Assembly (NCBI GenBank): GCA_951406725.2
Contig: OX597832.1
Location: forward strand, 70,246,001-70,310,000
Source of the DNA: Octopus vulgaris
Lineage: Eukaryota
Length of the DNA stretch: 64,000 nt
Direction: 5' to 3'
Part shown: positions 26,871 through 41,810 of the stretch, piece by piece
Layout of the letters: the number at the start of each line of letters is the position of its first letter
Numbering within the stretch: position 1 is the first letter of the stretch
Notes under the pieces: generated by a model
The model's database searches: none
What the model was told of the DNA's origin: nothing
The model's input: only the letters and a program-made list of their open reading frames with translations
Position numbers and translations under genes: made by a program

Positions 26871-28407
26871 CCTGACAGCATAAATTATAACAGTGACATC
26901 GTTTGTGTCTGCAGAAATTGCCTTCTATCTCTGGATTAGGGAGATGTCTTCGGTGTATAATCAACAAGACCCGGAAAAGGAAATCATACAGAATGTGGGT
27001 GATATCTTACCCTTCATAAACCGTGTCTTTAAAGCCAAGTGATTCTTATATTTGTCCTTCTTTCTTGAACAGCGAGGAAGATGCTACGAAATATAAACCA
27101 TTAGGCCTCCATAAATAATCGATAAAACGTACGTTAAGTAATAATACTCAACACTGAGCATTGCTTCGATTGACCTCATTTAATTAGCTTAACATCATAA
27201 GATTCATACAGAATCTGCTCTACAAAGTTTTACATGAAGTAGTAATTATTCTTCACAGATATTTCTATTCTCAAGCGCTATGGCAAATATACCTCCAGCG
27301 ACATTACAAAAAAGGCATGCAAACCTCTATGCAAACACTTTTGCCAAAATTTACAACTCTGTAATTATCAAATTTATGAACTTTCAGTTAGTCATTGAGT
27401 ATCCTCAGAACGTTTCCATTTCTATGTCCGCGAAAAAATTTAACACCTTTCCGACGGCTAATATAGTAACGTACCTCATCGCAAAGAATTTATTGCCTCT
27501 GTATCTCTTCATCTTACTCCATTACCATTAGGCCTCAGTGATAAATTCTGAACAGAGAAAAGAAATATCGTAATCAAGGGTTTTGAACAGAGAAGCTAGA
27601 ATCGTAATAGGATGTAGAAGAATGAACCAATACGGTTCAGATATTAAATCAGTGAGGTGACAATTTTGTTTCTCTTTCCATTTCGACTATTTTTATTTTC
27701 CATGGTCATTTATGCGATAATTATGAAATACGTTTAAAAGATTTTATGAAAATAATTGATATGTCCGTATGTCACGCATTGAAACCACAAATTGTAAGGG
27801 ATTCGTAGGTTGTGTCTTGGTCATATTTGAATTCAGTGGAGAACATCCCTTTCAATGAAAACAGAAACAAAGGAATAGCGAAATCAAGAATTGGTCCAGT
27901 GCACGACTGGTAAATTATTCAGCAACCCCGGGAGGATGTAAAGCAGAGTGGACATCAGCAGCACTTGAAATTGAGAAAAAAGGGGGAAAAGACGAACGCC
28001 CAGAATATAATCTATTGGCCACCTGTTATACTCACACGTGTGTAGGGGTTCATGCATCAGCATGCAGCGTGTGTGTGTGTGTATGTGCATGCGCCTGTGT
28101 GCCTCTCTATATGTGTGCCTGTGTGTCTGTGTGCCCATATGTGTGTGTGTGCATGCGCGAACACACATACGTATGTGTGTTTTTGATGGCCAGAAAGTGG
28201 ATCTTCCTCTCTTAAGGAGAGATTCTTAAACTATAACTAAGGATGAGCATAAAGATAGCTTTCCACAAATAAATAAAAGGGAACAATTAATAAAAGACAA
28301 TGAAATATTAATAAATAGGAAATATTAATGAAATAATGAAATAATGAAATAAGACACTTCGAGGTCTTATAACGAGGAGGATCCGTACTATATATACACA
28401 CACACAC

Positions 28408-28484
<77 letters not shown>

Positions 28485-29529
28485 TATATTATATTATATT
28501 AGAGATAAAACCACTATTAGGCAAATAAAACAGTGAAAATCATAAGCCAATACATAGAAAAAAATTAATTAAAAAACATAAAATATAAAAAATATAAAAT
28601 TCCAAATTAAATTAAAGTTAAAATCTAAAATTATATTTAAGATCTTTAAACTTTAATATTTTATAAATCTTATGGTGCAATAATATTGTTTTTATGTAAA
28701 TATCGTTGTTTATGTAATGATCTAATTATCGTAATTTTCTATATAATTATTAGATATTAACTTTAAGTTTATTCGTAAGAATTTACTTAGCGATAGATAT
28801 GTTGTTTGATAGTAAGTATACGAGTTGTTTAAAGTTAGATTTATGTATATACATGTATTAATAGCATTAATTGTAGTTTTAAATTTCTTATAATTATTAT
28901 TTTAACTTATATATTGTCTTTTTAAATTGATATTTGCTAGTTTTATTATTCCCATTGATAAATATATTTATAGTATTTATTTGATACTATATAACTACGA
29001 ATTAATTATTTCTTTAAGTATTTTAAATATAAGATTTCTGAAAGTTATTATTTAGCCAACGAGATATAAAGATAGTTAATTTGCTATAGCGTTCGTTTAA
29101 GATTGTTTGTTTGTATTTTTGAAATTAGCTATTTCATCTTTAAATATGAAAAATTAATTTATTAGGTCTTTCTTATATGTGCATATATATTTCTTTATAG
29201 AGATTATTTTAGATCTTAATTATAATATTTATATACATTTATATATTTTCATTGATAATTTATATATTATTTAAATTTTATATTTTTAATAATATAATAG
29301 TTATCTTTGTAAAATATTTATGTAATTAGATATTGACTATTACTGATATTAGATTATTGGTGGGTTTCTTACCTTAAAAATTAATACTTAAAAATTAAAA
29401 TTAATATTTAACATTATAATCGATGTTTTGATATAATCATAATCGTGAAGTTTCTAGTTTGATTATTATTATTTTTTTTTATCTAGTTTCAGCTCACGAG
29501 CTGTGGTCATGCTGGGGCACCGCCATTTA

Positions 29530-29705
29530 AAGGATTAAGACGATTACATCGACTCCAGTGCGTAACTGGTACTTAATTTATCGACCCCGAAAGGATGAAA
29601 GGCAAAGTCGACCTCGGCGGAATTTGAACTCAGAACGTAGCGGCAGACGAAATACGGCTGCGCATTTCGCCTGGCGTGCTAACGTTTCTGCCAGCTCGCC
29701 GCCTT
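29530..29705 (-). mobile_element. SINE family 2 nested in PLE family D
   Basis: aaggatgaaaggcaaagtcgacctcggcggaatttgaactcagaacg...ctgccagctcgccgcc. Confidence 0.85.
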
Positions 29706-29770
29706 TATTATATTATATATTTCTTAAAAATATTGTTTAAATATTTCTGATTATTTATTAAAATATTACA

Positions 29771-29870
29771 ATTAACCTGAAGATTGACTGTAACCATAAT
29801 TCGAAGTATTAATTGAATTTAAATTATTGTTATTCGAATTGGTTACGGGCATGAAACGATCGTATTGTTT
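29771..29870 (+). ncRNA. Hammerhead motif with greatly extended helix II (family D)
   Basis: CTGAAGA-(tgactgtaacc..aattcgaa...ttcgaattggttacgggca)-GAAA-cgatcg-TA; weak stem I. Confidence 0.55.
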
Positions 29871-29989
29871 TTACTCTTTATCTTATATTAAACTTTTGAT
29901 ACTTTTTGATAGTTATATAATTTTTTTAAAAAATAATAATAAATAAATAAATAAAATAAAATAAAATAATAATAATAAATATAAATATA

Positions 29990-30407
29990 TTCTTTCTTTT
30001 TTTCTTTTTACTTGTTTCAGTCATCTGACAGCGGCCATGCTGGAGCACCGCCTTTAATCGAGCAACTCGACCCCGGGACTTATTGTTTTGTAAGCCCAGT
30101 ACTTATTCTACCGGTCTCTTTTGCCGAACCGCTAAGTGACGCGGACGTAAACACACCAGCATCGGTTGTCAAGCAATGCTAAGGGGACAAACACAGACAC
30201 ACAAGCACACACACGCATATATATATATATATATATATATACGATGGGCTTCTTTCAGTTTCCATCTACCAAATCCATTCACAAGGCTTTGGTTGGCCCG
30301 AGGCTATAGTAGATGACGCTTGCCCAAGGTGCCACGCAGTGGGACTAAACCCGGAACCATGTGGTTGGTAAACAAGCTACTTACCACACAGCCACTCCTG
30401 CGCCTAT
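29990..30407 (-). mobile_element. Full-length SINE family 3 nested in PLE family D
   Basis: Reverse complement of the 59794-60200 copy, with tRNA-like head taggcgcaggagtggctgtgtggtaag. Confidence 0.88.
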
Positions 30408-30668
30408 ATTTATAAGTTTAAAGTATTTAGATAATTTTAAATTTTAACTTTAATTTAAATATTCTAATTTGGAATTTTATATTTTTTATATTTTATATTT
30501 TATATTTTTTTAATTAATTTTTTTTCTATGTATTGGCTTATGATTTTCACTGTTTGATTTGCCTAATAGTGGTTTTATCTCTAATTTAATATAACATATA
30601 TTTATACAATAAAATTAGATTTAATCCTAAATCTAATTTTTCCCTGTAAGTTTGGATTTACTCCCTAA

Positions 30669-30747
<79 letters not shown>

Positions 30748-31261
30748 GCCTATATGTATATTTTTCTATATGTACGGAGCTTAATCGTGTTTATCTGCAT
30801 CACTCTCTCATTTTATCTCTTGTTACACACTCTCACATACGCACACACTGACACACACACACATATGTATGTATGCATGTGACTGTTTAGTTCTATTTCA
30901 AGATTTCTGGCCAATAGAGAGAAAGCTGGTTTCTAACCTAGATCGAAGGCTCCTTCATTGGAATTTCAACATCAACAACAGGGTATTTTTGTTTGCATGC
31001 ATGCGTGCATGTATGTATGTATGTATGTATGTATGTATGTATGTATGTATGTATGTATGTATGTATGTATGTATGTATGTGTGTATGTATGTATGAATGT
31101 ATATATGTATGTATGTATGAATGTATATATGTATGTATGTATGTATGGATGTATGTATGTATGTATGTATGTATGCATGTATGTATATGTGCAGATTTGT
31201 ATGTTTTGCGATGTGTACGTATTCTCATTCATATTGTTACATATCTAGACATGATCATTTC

Positions 31262-32925
31262 TATTTAAATGAAAATGTCTGGAACGTTTTACAGATTTTT
31301 ACAGTTCCAGTGATGGAGTGGATCTGTAGCCTTCGTATTAGCTTTCTCCTTTCTGGTTTTGAGAAGCCTAATTTCTCAAGATTGGGATTTAGGCAATGTG
31401 TTACACATCTCAAGGCCCTAGTAATTACAAGTATAAATCTGAACTTGTAAACCTGGAAAGAGTAACTGCACATTTCTCAATAGTTCATCGTCGGTGCTCT
31501 TTTTTAATCTCTGATCTTTAGCCTTATGTTAACATCTGCTGGGCAGATAATTTCCACAACTGTACATAGTTTCTCTTCTCTATCCCAAATCATTATATCA
31601 GGTCTGTTGTGCTTACATTTTTTTGTGGTTTTCAATGGGACATTCTACAAGTACTCCTTTTTGTTATGAGTGGCTATGGCTCCTACTATACGGTAGGTTC
31701 TTATTTCTTTTTCCTCGCGATCATCCTTCCGAAGTATTTCATTGCAGAGTGTCCTATCGGAAAATAATACCATGATGACATTTACCGACAATTGCTTATG
31801 ATGTGGGGGATATCTTCGGTGTTGACTCCACAAAGTCTGCATCGGTTGTCACATTTTACTGCTTTTTCTGCATCTCTATCCCTTTTTTTGCATCAGGTAT
31901 TTGGTTGATATTTCCTGTTCCTGGATTGCAAACGCATACCCTTCAAAGTGGGAGGTAATAATCCAGCTCTTGGTCCACGATAGACTGCTTTGATGATCAT
32001 CTCGGGGCTTTCTACTAACATATCCATGCATAGTCTTCTGCGCATATAGTCTCATCTTTTCATCTGATGATACGTTGCGGTAGAGTCGTGCGACTTCTTT
32101 GGCCATAAACTCTAGGTTATCAGACAAGGAATGTTGCTCAAGGAGCTGCCTTCCCAATCTTATGCTGTTATCAGCCTCATGTATGCAAACGTGGTTGAGG
32201 GATGGACTTGGATACTTGGTGATCAAAAGATGTTGCCGAAGAGATCTGCTACGACATTCAGAGGAATTTTGGATCGATATTAACCGCTGCCGTCTTCTTT
32301 TCATTTGCGGCAGAAGCAGTCTACGTCACAGTCTATGTTGAAATTATGTGTGTTTGTTAGTGTTTTTCGGGTTTTCACATCAATGGCTCGGAACTCATCA
32401 AGTGTCAATCAAGCAGTGAAAATAGTATTATGAGTACTGGTACGGCAAACACATTGTGGGTCATTGTTTTATTGACTGCAGAGAGTTCTAAGGTCCAAAA
32501 TTTCTTTATTCGGCTGTAATAGTCTTTAGTGACACGTGTTTTGTTACAGATAACATTTTAAGATGTTTTTAACCACGACTAGAAATCTGTAACTTTCCTC
32601 GTTAGATATAGGGGAAGCAGTCAAATCATTGATGGAGATGCTGTTATTCTGGTTTATAGTTTTTCCCCTTTTCACAGCCATATAACAACATATATCCTGA
32701 CCAAACCCCAACCCTACATCCATTGAGAAAGCTGTAACTAGGTCAAGGCACTTTTTCATCTCATGCATATTGTTTGCATAAAGTTTCAAGCCATCCACAA
32801 AAAAAAGAAACAGTGTGTAATTTTGTTATTTCTGTTTCCTTGTAAACCAATGAGATATTCTTCAGACTTCTTTAACACGAATGACAAGGGCTTTACAGAA
32901 AGTATAAACATAGAAAGCTTGCCCT
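31262..32925 (-). mobile_element. R4/Dong-type RLE non-LTR retrotransposon remnant (RT C-half, CCHC finger, PD-(D/E)xK nuclease)
   Basis: DGLKLYA..CLDLVTAFSMDVGLGFG; KTMHGY; EGYAFAIQEQEISTKY; CRLCGVNTEDIPHIISNC; HNRPDIMIWD..VEI; multiple frameshifts. Confidence 0.88.
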
Positions 32926-33269
32926 TTGGAATATGCATTCGCGATACTGATTTCTATCAGTTTAATATGTATGTGTGTGTATGCATGCATGCATGCATTT
33001 ATGTATGTATGTATGTATGTATGTATGTATGTATGTATGTATGTATGTATGTATGTATGTATGTACTGGCTAGTAGATTGCGTGTCAGATATGTATTCTT
33101 GTAAACAAGATTTCGAACAAAATTAAGCAAACGACGCCAGCGGAAAAAGAAAAACTTTATATGAAAATATATTTTGAAATTATCTTTACATGCCGTTTAA
33201 TGCAAAATAAATTACTATATGCACATATGTGCGTATGTACCTGTATACATACATAGGTATATGAGTATT

Positions 33270-33312
<43 letters not shown>

Positions 33313-33393
33313 ATGTATATATATACATATATATATATGTGTGTGTATATGTATGTATACATATGTATATATATATATATATATAGGTTATCA

Positions 33394-33431
<38 letters not shown>

Positions 33432-33779
33432 AATATACATAGATATATGTATGTTTATATAATTATATATATGGTGAAGATTCTTTACGATATTCCACGT
33501 TATACATACGTAATGAAGCTTTGGACACCAACCAATATGCTCTGCTGCTGACTTCAAATAATATTTTAGTTCCGTTTCATTGAATGCCATTTGGCAATGT
33601 TTTGAAGTTAAAGTTTGATTCCATACTGGAATTGGTTTCTTTGAGGAACGTTGCTCATGTCTCAACGATCACAAACTGTATTTTTGCAGTAATATGCATA
33701 TTGTATATAGAAACCTATATGATATATATATGTGTGTGTTGGTGTGTGTATAGGTAGATATACATACATACACACACAT

Positions 33780-33836
<57 letters not shown>

Positions 33837-34699
33837 TATATACATACACACATATCTACATATATGTATATATATATAATATATATATTTATATATATAT
33901 ATTTATACATACATATATGTGTATGTGGTATATACACGTTACTAACAAATAATTACTTTCGGCTTTGATCAAAAGATAAAGAAATTCACCCACGCATGCC
34001 CACTCTTTCTCACTCATACGGACACATATACAAACACACACACACAAACATTCGGTTATCAGGCCAATAGAAACTGGTGATGAGACATCGTTATGTGTCG
34101 TCTATGGTTCGGTTCAGAAAAACTGACTGTGCACTTCACTTCTTTAATCAAGAGATTCACTTCAGACAACATCCATCGATAAAACACCACAACCACTACT
34201 ACTGCCACCATAACGTCACTAGTAGCTCTACTTCTACCACCATTACTACCCAATATATATTCATTTATTCACAGCACATCGATCTATTTTGTGTACAAAT
34301 CTCAAATGTGCTATTGACCTTCATATGAAAATATGTCCCCCACATCTTACCACATTAATTTAAATGCATATTGCTTGCCTGTTCGTCTATTTTGCTCATG
34401 TGTCGCGTTTAAGTTGTTGCCATCTTTATTTTGTTGTGTTATTTTATTTAACGTTTGGGATTTCATTTTATATTCCATCACTTTATATATATTTGTATTG
34501 CTGCATATTTACTTTAGATATTTCATTTGCTATTATTACTGTGGTTGTGTTTTTTCTTTTTTTCGTGTCTCTTTTTTTGTTTTTTTATAATTTTATTTTT
34601 ATTTTTTACTGTTTAGAACAACTGAACGTTTGACAAAATGACAAACACGGAAATGGCTGTCGTGTTGAAATGTGCAAATGAATAATTCTTAGTATTATA

Positions 34700-34744
<45 letters not shown>

Positions 34745-35359
34745 TACATACATAAATACGTACATACATCCGTACATACATACATAATTCCATGCATACA
34801 TACATATATGTATATATTTATAATCATGATCCACCTCTGTGAAATGTTTGTGACAGTTATAACAAGATGAGATGTTGAATAGCCGTTCAGTTCCTCGTAT
34901 TCTCCATTAAAATGTCTGCGAGTTTATTTTCATCCCATTCCTGTAATTGGTCAGACGTTATTTCATTGCGTTTTTTATTCTTCAATAGTAATAGTTTCCC
35001 TAATAATCGTCCATTTGATACCTTTAACTTGCTTTGACTGCGTGTTTGGTGAAGTCAGCTGATGGATTATGGCAAAAAATAAAGATAAAAGAAAAAAACA
35101 TTCGACTACCGTGGGTTGTTGTACGATGTCCTTGGTTATATGTATTGTATATCTGGAGGTTTGTTTCCTTTATGTCAATAAACTACGTAAAATCTACGCA
35201 GGAAGTAGTTAAAATGTGATAACGAAGATGAATATAAAGGGCTTCCACAGCTATCCACAGTTATGGTCCCTCTTAAATGGTGAACCAGTTAACGATACAT
35301 TTCCCCTCCTCTTTCGCTTTCTATTTCTTTCGAATATATACGCACTCACAGACATGCGT

Positions 35360-35360
<1 letters not shown>

Positions 35361-35440
<80 letters not shown>
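35361..35440. repeat. (GATA)n microsatellite
   Basis: Direct inspection. Confidence 0.95.
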
Positions 35441-36401
35441 CACTGACAAATAGACAGACATCCTTGTCGAGAACGAGCCTAACGCATTGGAATTCATGTT
35501 ATTAGTGGAGACCCACAGAATGAAATTGAGATACCTGACGCGGCGAAATGAAACGCACTGTAACTGCTTGACAAAGGCATTTTGTTGTTTAAAGTTAAAA
35601 TGATATGTGCTCCAATTAATATTTAATAAAATTAGTCAAGCGGGAATCGTCCTTAAAATACGGTTTGCCGATGCTTACAAAATTTCTATCAATGTTTGGC
35701 AACAAAATAGTTAGAGAAACCAGGAGTACATGAATAACAAAACTTTCATTTTCAGCAAAGAACACCTACATAACCCACGATCAATGAAAATCGGTCGTTA
35801 TGACCTCCATATGCTTTTTGGAAGCATTATGAAGTACTAAAACCAGAATCGAACCTTCACTCGCCACACGTACAAATCTCGCTTTACAACGTTGTAATCT
35901 ACTAGATTGTCACTTATTATTCCTTCTAGTGTTTTTAGTATCCAAACTCATGAAAACTCTCGATATCAGCGGGTCAGCGAAGTTGAACCATGGCTGTCAA
36001 GAATTTCGTCTGCGAAGCGTTTTGAAAAGTTTCTCTTTTTTTATTTCGATTCTAATTTTATAACAAACTCTATTCATTTCATTAAAAAAAAACTCAAGGA
36101 CCTAATTTTCGCCAACAGAATATAATATTTCAATATATACTTTAATTTTCACTTTATTATGATTTTTTTCTTCCTATTGTATTTAGTTTACTTATTTTTG
36201 GCTCAGAAAATTCCGGATGTAGGTATGTCAAAGAAATGGCGGAAAAGATATGCGACTATAATCGGTACTTGATATTACATAAATCATACATCATATCTTT
36301 AGTGTGTGTGTATGTGTGTAAGTGTGCGTGTGTGCGTGTCTGTGTTTGTGAGTGTTCGCGTGTGCGTGTTTGTATGCACGTATCATATACATATATATAT
36401 A

Positions 36402-36432
<31 letters not shown>

Positions 36433-37022
36433 GTATCTAGTGCATGTTTGTGTGTATGTATATGTGTATGAATGTATGTAAGTAAGTACATGTGTGGATG
36501 TAAGTATATATGGGCATATATACATATATATATATATATACATAGATACATACTTACACATTCGCTGAATAAACTACGAGAAACAGAGGCAGCTAGATGC
36601 AAATATATGAACATTAGTGTATGTGTATATATATGCACACACACACATTTGTATATATATATACGTATATATATAATATATACGTATGTATGTATAGACA
36701 TGCGTGTATGCTGGTGTAGGGTGTGTATGAGTGAGGATGGGTGTTTCCATGACAATAAACATATCTGTGAATTCTTGTCCGTGTTGATCTTTTCATATAT
36801 TGAAGGTGTTTATATTCTGGCAGTGGATATTACAAAGAAAACCCGGTTCATTTTGCCACCTGATGATTTTACCAACTGAAACAAGCAACTCTGAGTAATG
36901 GATATCAGCGTCTTTCAGTTATAAAAGTATTGAAGAATTACTCAACATTTGTATTATTGAGTCCTGTAAATTACTGCTTCTCGGTAATCATCAGAGATTT
37001 ACACCACCACCCCACACACATG

Positions 37023-37054
<32 letters not shown>

Positions 37055-37490
37055 ACAACACACAGATTGTGGTTCACTACAGCTGTTTCAGACATGTTTT
37101 ATTTGTATTGATGTACAGAAATGTTACATCATGCAAAAAATTTATAGACATTGTTGAATATGGTCATGTAAGCTGATTGATGCCTTTATATGTCGGTGTT
37201 GATAGCAATGTATACAAATGTGTATGAGCGTAGGTTTTTATTTTCCCCCTATCATTTCTTTTTATTATGCTTGTTTATCAATATAATGACCCTTGACAAC
37301 TATTTAGAAAAAAACTTAATTTTATTTGTAACCCCTTATGAGGTCAAATGAAACTCCGCATTCTGTCCTTGCGTCTCACCCGTTTTTGTTTTTCTCTCTC
37401 CGTCGCTTCAGTCTTTCTGTCTCCACTTCCATCCTTATATTAAAAACACGTCTGAAACAGTTGTAGTGAAACACAATCCATTAGTTGTTA
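37055..37490. mobile_element. Small inverted-repeat element, probably PLE-derived
   Basis: gattgtggttcactacagctgtttcagacatgtttt versus aaaacacgtctgaaacagttgtagtgaaacacaatc; contains the HHR 3' half GAAA-cagctg-TA. Confidence 0.5.
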
Positions 37491-38084
37491 AAAATTATTC
37501 TTCACCTAACACGGAACTTTCAATACGTTTGTATCTGGAGTCTATAGACGACGGTGCAATACGTGCATTCAGTGTACCCATATATGTCTTTGATGACACA
37601 TTGTGTATTGTCTGCTATTTCTGAATGTATGAATAACAAATCCGTTTTTACTTTAGTGACTGTGTATATGTCGTTGTTCATTGTTTGTACACAGTCATGC
37701 TATCACCGACCTGACTTTGGTACTTTACTTTTTTAAGTACCTGATTCTCCTGAATCCTAAAAATTATATACATAAATATATATATATATATATAATCAAA
37801 ATAAGTAACAAAGATATCCAGAGTAATGCAGTACGATCGTTTCATCCAACTCCATTTCATTGAGCAATGCAATCATTTCAGTACATCAATTTAAAATGTA
37901 GAGCAATCTTCAGCTGCACAAAAACATAGACTTTAATTAAGTTAGAACAGAAGGACACATTAATATAATTTTACCTAAGATCTCCAAGACGTTGGGGACA
38001 AGAAGTTGGAAACAAGAACATGTTGTACTTACAGCATCATAGTTGTAACTAGTTACAACTATGATGTGGAATTTTCAACAGCAA

Positions 38085-38452
38085 CAGGCTGCGATTTAAG
38101 GACTGTGTCAAGTCCTCATTAAAGGCTTATGATCTGCAGGAGACTGACTGGAAGAACAATGCCTGTCCTCGCCACAGATGGAAGAAGCAGGTTAATAAGG
38201 GGTCGACACCTTTGAGAGATCACGTATTCAGCATGAAGAACTTAAGCATGCTGCTCGAAAGCACACAGCTGGTGTAGTGAATGGGGAAAGCTTGGTTTAC
38301 AACGTTTGCAGTCATGCATGCTTGTCAAGGTCAGGGGTCACTAGCCACCAACGGAGCCGCAAATGCAAAATATAAGTTAGTCCTAGAGCGCACAATGCTA
38401 CTGAAGGTCAGCAATGGTTCTCCTCGGTCACGAGTGAACGGCCGTCATCACG
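38085..38452 (+). mobile_element. RTE-clade LINE 3' end
   Basis: RLRFKDCVKSSLKAYDLQETDWKNNACPRHRWKKQV and a degenerate C-terminal Zn finger (YNVCSHACLSRSGVTSHQRS). Confidence 0.8.
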
Positions 38453-40441
38453 TATGTATGTATGTACATCGAAACTCTGATCGGAATCTTCTCAATTGTT
38501 TTTCATCATTACATATTACTCTGTGTGTGTATGCTTTTGTGTCTGTATTTGTGCGTTTGTGTTGGCAGGGGGTGTAGATGCGTCGGTATGTGTTTGTGTA
38601 TGTTTCTTACCAACTTGACTTACTCTGATATTAATGACAATTTTTGCGAACGGAAATGAAGTCTATCTTTTGGGCCCGAATAACAGATTAGGAATCCTTT
38701 GCTTCGATATGAAAGTATTTGGGGTCCTCTACCGCTTTGACAGTTTCGCATGTAGTCTTTCAGCGATTGCACACACATGTTTGTTGTTCCAGGAGACGGA
38801 GTAGATAACCTTAGCTGTCCCAGCTAGTTTAGCAGAATGTAGTAATTCAGAGGTTAGCAGCAACAATACAAAAATTATCCTTCCCTCCGTTTGACTCTAT
38901 GGTGGACTCTACAGTCTATCAGTGGTGAGTTACTCGTGGATTGTTTCTGTGATATTAGTTCCCCTGTTCCATTTATCGAGGTCAATATTATAGCAATATG
39001 TGACCTACAGTGTGTTGGGTGTAGTTGTATTTCTTACTTTGTTTAACGATTGGTAGGTGCAGAAGCATGAAAACTTTACCTGCTTCTTCTTCCTGCAAAC
39101 TCAGAAGCCAACGAAACCACATTCCGAATATCATTTTAGACATTCCTTGTTGATCCGTATTTTATAAATATAGAAATCGTAACTTGACCTCCGCCAGAAA
39201 CTGACTATATTACAACAATCTGCAGTATCAATTAACAAGAAACCTGAGCAATTGCTTTGCAGCCATGAAAGGATGACCTGGAGTAATAAGGCGGCGCTAC
39301 TACAGGAACACCAACTTAACAAAGCTAGCTGGCCCTTAAGAAGGATCAGAGTATACGGAACCTGCTTGCTCTTACTGATTTTATTCTCCTTTTGAGGCCC
39401 TCAACAGCACCTACGGTTCCTAATCTCCATCAGCAAATACAACACACACAGGAGGCCAGGAAATGAAATGATACAACAAAACTGGGAAAGATTATGACAG
39501 TACTCTGTACTTCTGTGTGTGGGGAAGTTGTGTGTGTGCGTGTGTGTGCATGTGTATGTACAGATATATACATACGTACACATATACATATATTCATATA
39601 TATACACACAAAAACACGCGTTCACACATGTACACACATATATGAGGAGTGTATATGAATATTCATATCCTGTACGTACTGTGATTATATGCCTGCTCTT
39701 TTGCTCTCGTGAACGCATGAGTGAATGTGTGTGTGTATGTGTGTTTGTCTTCCTCTAAAAGTGTGTGCGTAAATATGCGGTGTGTGGTCTTAAGAATTAG
39801 AATATATTCTACATGAATTATATTCACTTCGCAAAGATCTGCAACGAATGAGATGTATTCTTGCTTTTGTCACTTGCAGGACGTACATCAATTCTTGTAT
39901 CTAACCAAGTAGAAATCTTAGAGAATTCATAAAATATCAATGAAAAAATATACATAAAAAAATAAAGAACCAGCTTTCACATGGAAACACATCAACTCTT
40001 CCACAGACAGCAAGTGAAACGGAGAGTTACATAAACTGATAGACATAAATAGATAAAGGCTTACATACATGCACACATGCATATATGTGTGCGCACACAC
40101 AGACATACACACATAAACAGATACATACACTCAGGCACACGCGCACACACACTTACATATATGAGTGTGTGTTTGTGTGTGTGCGTGTGCGTGTAATGAA
40201 AAAGAGCGAGACAGATATAAATTCAGTAAAATGCAATGGTGTTTTCTAAAGCTCATTAGATGGAGAGGGAAGCAAAACGACTGTGGATTTATTCACATGA
40301 TTCTTTATACAAATTCGGGAATCCTTAGATCGATTCCCTCAAGTTAAAATTTTCTGTGTTCGTCATCACTGAATGTGCGTTTTCAGAAGAGAATTTACAC
40401 AAAAATCGTTTGGTAAATCGATTCCCACATGCATACATACA

Positions 40442-40519
<78 letters not shown>

Positions 40520-40521
<2 letters not shown>

Positions 40522-41090
40522 AAAATAGGATAAAATCTTTATAAGAATTTATCAAGTAGTCAACGTGAAAATCCTCATAAGGGAAAAGTTTGTAATTTTA
40601 CCCTTTAAATATTTATTTATATTACAGACATTACTACACGTAAATGCCTCACATTATGAGGGACTCAAAGTCAAAACTACCATAATAAATACAGTGTACC
40701 GAACGGTGGGGGATGTAATTCTTGAAGCGAACTCTTAAAAACAGATTCAGCCATAATTCATATGATTTCATAGTTTGTGTACAAAATACAGTTTCCTAAT
40801 CGTCAATTAGAAAGTTTATTTTGTACACTAACTATGAAATCATGAGTTCGCTTCAAGAGTTGGTACACTGTATTTATTATGATAGTTTTGGTACACTGTA
40901 TTTATTATGATAGTTTTGGTACACTGTATTTATTATGATAGTTTTGGTACACTGTATTTATTATGATAGTTTTGGTCCACTGTATTTATTATGATAGTTT
41001 TGGTACACTGTATTTATTATGATAGTTTTGACTTTAAGAATCCCTCATAGCTTGAGGCATTTACGTTTAGTAATGCCCTTAATGTAAATA
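40520..41090. mobile_element. Hairpin element in (TA)n with unpaired tail (PLE-like architecture)
   Basis: Arms ~40612-40800 and ~40805-41090, symmetry centre ~40802; tail motif caagtagt...cctcat...ggaaaa shared with 61110-61200. Confidence 0.7.
40862..41029. repeat. 28-bp minisatellite, 6 copies
   Basis: ggtacactgtatttattatgatagtttt starting at 40862, 40890, 40918, 40946, 40974, 41002; no spacers. Confidence 0.95.
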
Positions 41091-41100
41091 TATATATATA

Positions 41101-41440
41101 TTCTTTTACCTTTTACTCTTTCAATCATTAGACTGCGACTATGCTGGAGCACCGCCTTGAAATATTTTTAGTCAAACGACTTAACTTTAGTATTTAATTT
41201 GGTAACCCTAGTACTTATTCTATCGGGCTCTTTTGTCGCTAGCCTACGGTGACCTAAGCACGCAAAGAACAGTAGTCAAACAGACACAAAGTCACACACA
41301 CAGATATATATACGGTGAGCTTCTTTTTCTGTCAAACTCACTCATAAGGTCTTGAAGTTATAGTAAAGACACGCTCCTACGGTACCACGCAGTGGGTCTG
41401 AACCCAGATGTATTGGGTTGAGAAGTAAATTTCTTACTGC
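41101..41440 (-). mobile_element. Degenerate SINE family 3
   Basis: atgctggagcaccgcc, agtacttattctatcg and ccacgcagtggg motifs. Confidence 0.75.
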
Positions 41441-41810
41441 ATATAAAAAGCGTATAAAGAGCGACCATATCCGTAAAATTAATTTTTAAGTATATTATTA
41501 TAAAATATAATTATAATTAAGGGCTCTGGAATGCCAGTGCCTATACGCTGAGAGTAAATGTCAAATACCTACAATCCACTCAAAATTAGTTCTCTAGGTC
41601 GGATGCGAAGTAATGGGCAAGAAAATTTGCAAAATTTCTGATAATCCTATATCTTAAGATTTCATACTCTGCAATAGAAATTACTTTGCAATCCTCAGTA
41701 GAAATACACCGATAAAAAAATAAACATGAAATACATATAAATACCGATAAATCTATTCGTAGAAACCAATATATAGAAGCATTTCCCACATATACATTCT
41801 ATATACTAAC

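Larger units (their letters stand above)
28490..30670 (+). mobile_element. Extremely AT-rich PLE-derived inverted-repeat element (family D), with nested SINEs
   Basis: agagataaaaccactattaggcaaa (28501) inverted at ~30558-30582; tail to ~30670; HHR at 29771-29870; (TA)n flanks; second copy at 58393-60840. Confidence 0.75.

Noticed and set aside
33510-33665. Possible minus-strand exon (PIPVWNQ...HIGWCPKLHY|gtatgt)
   Set aside because: Donor present, but the best acceptor gives stops in all frames; no recognisable domain
39070-39277. Minus-strand segment bounded by ctccag| and |gtaaag
   Set aside because: All three frames contain stops; it could be UTR or non-coding but cannot be supported
40862-41029. 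CRISPR-like 28-bp repeats
   Set aside because: Units are directly adjacent with no spacers, there are no cas genes, and the context is eukaryotic
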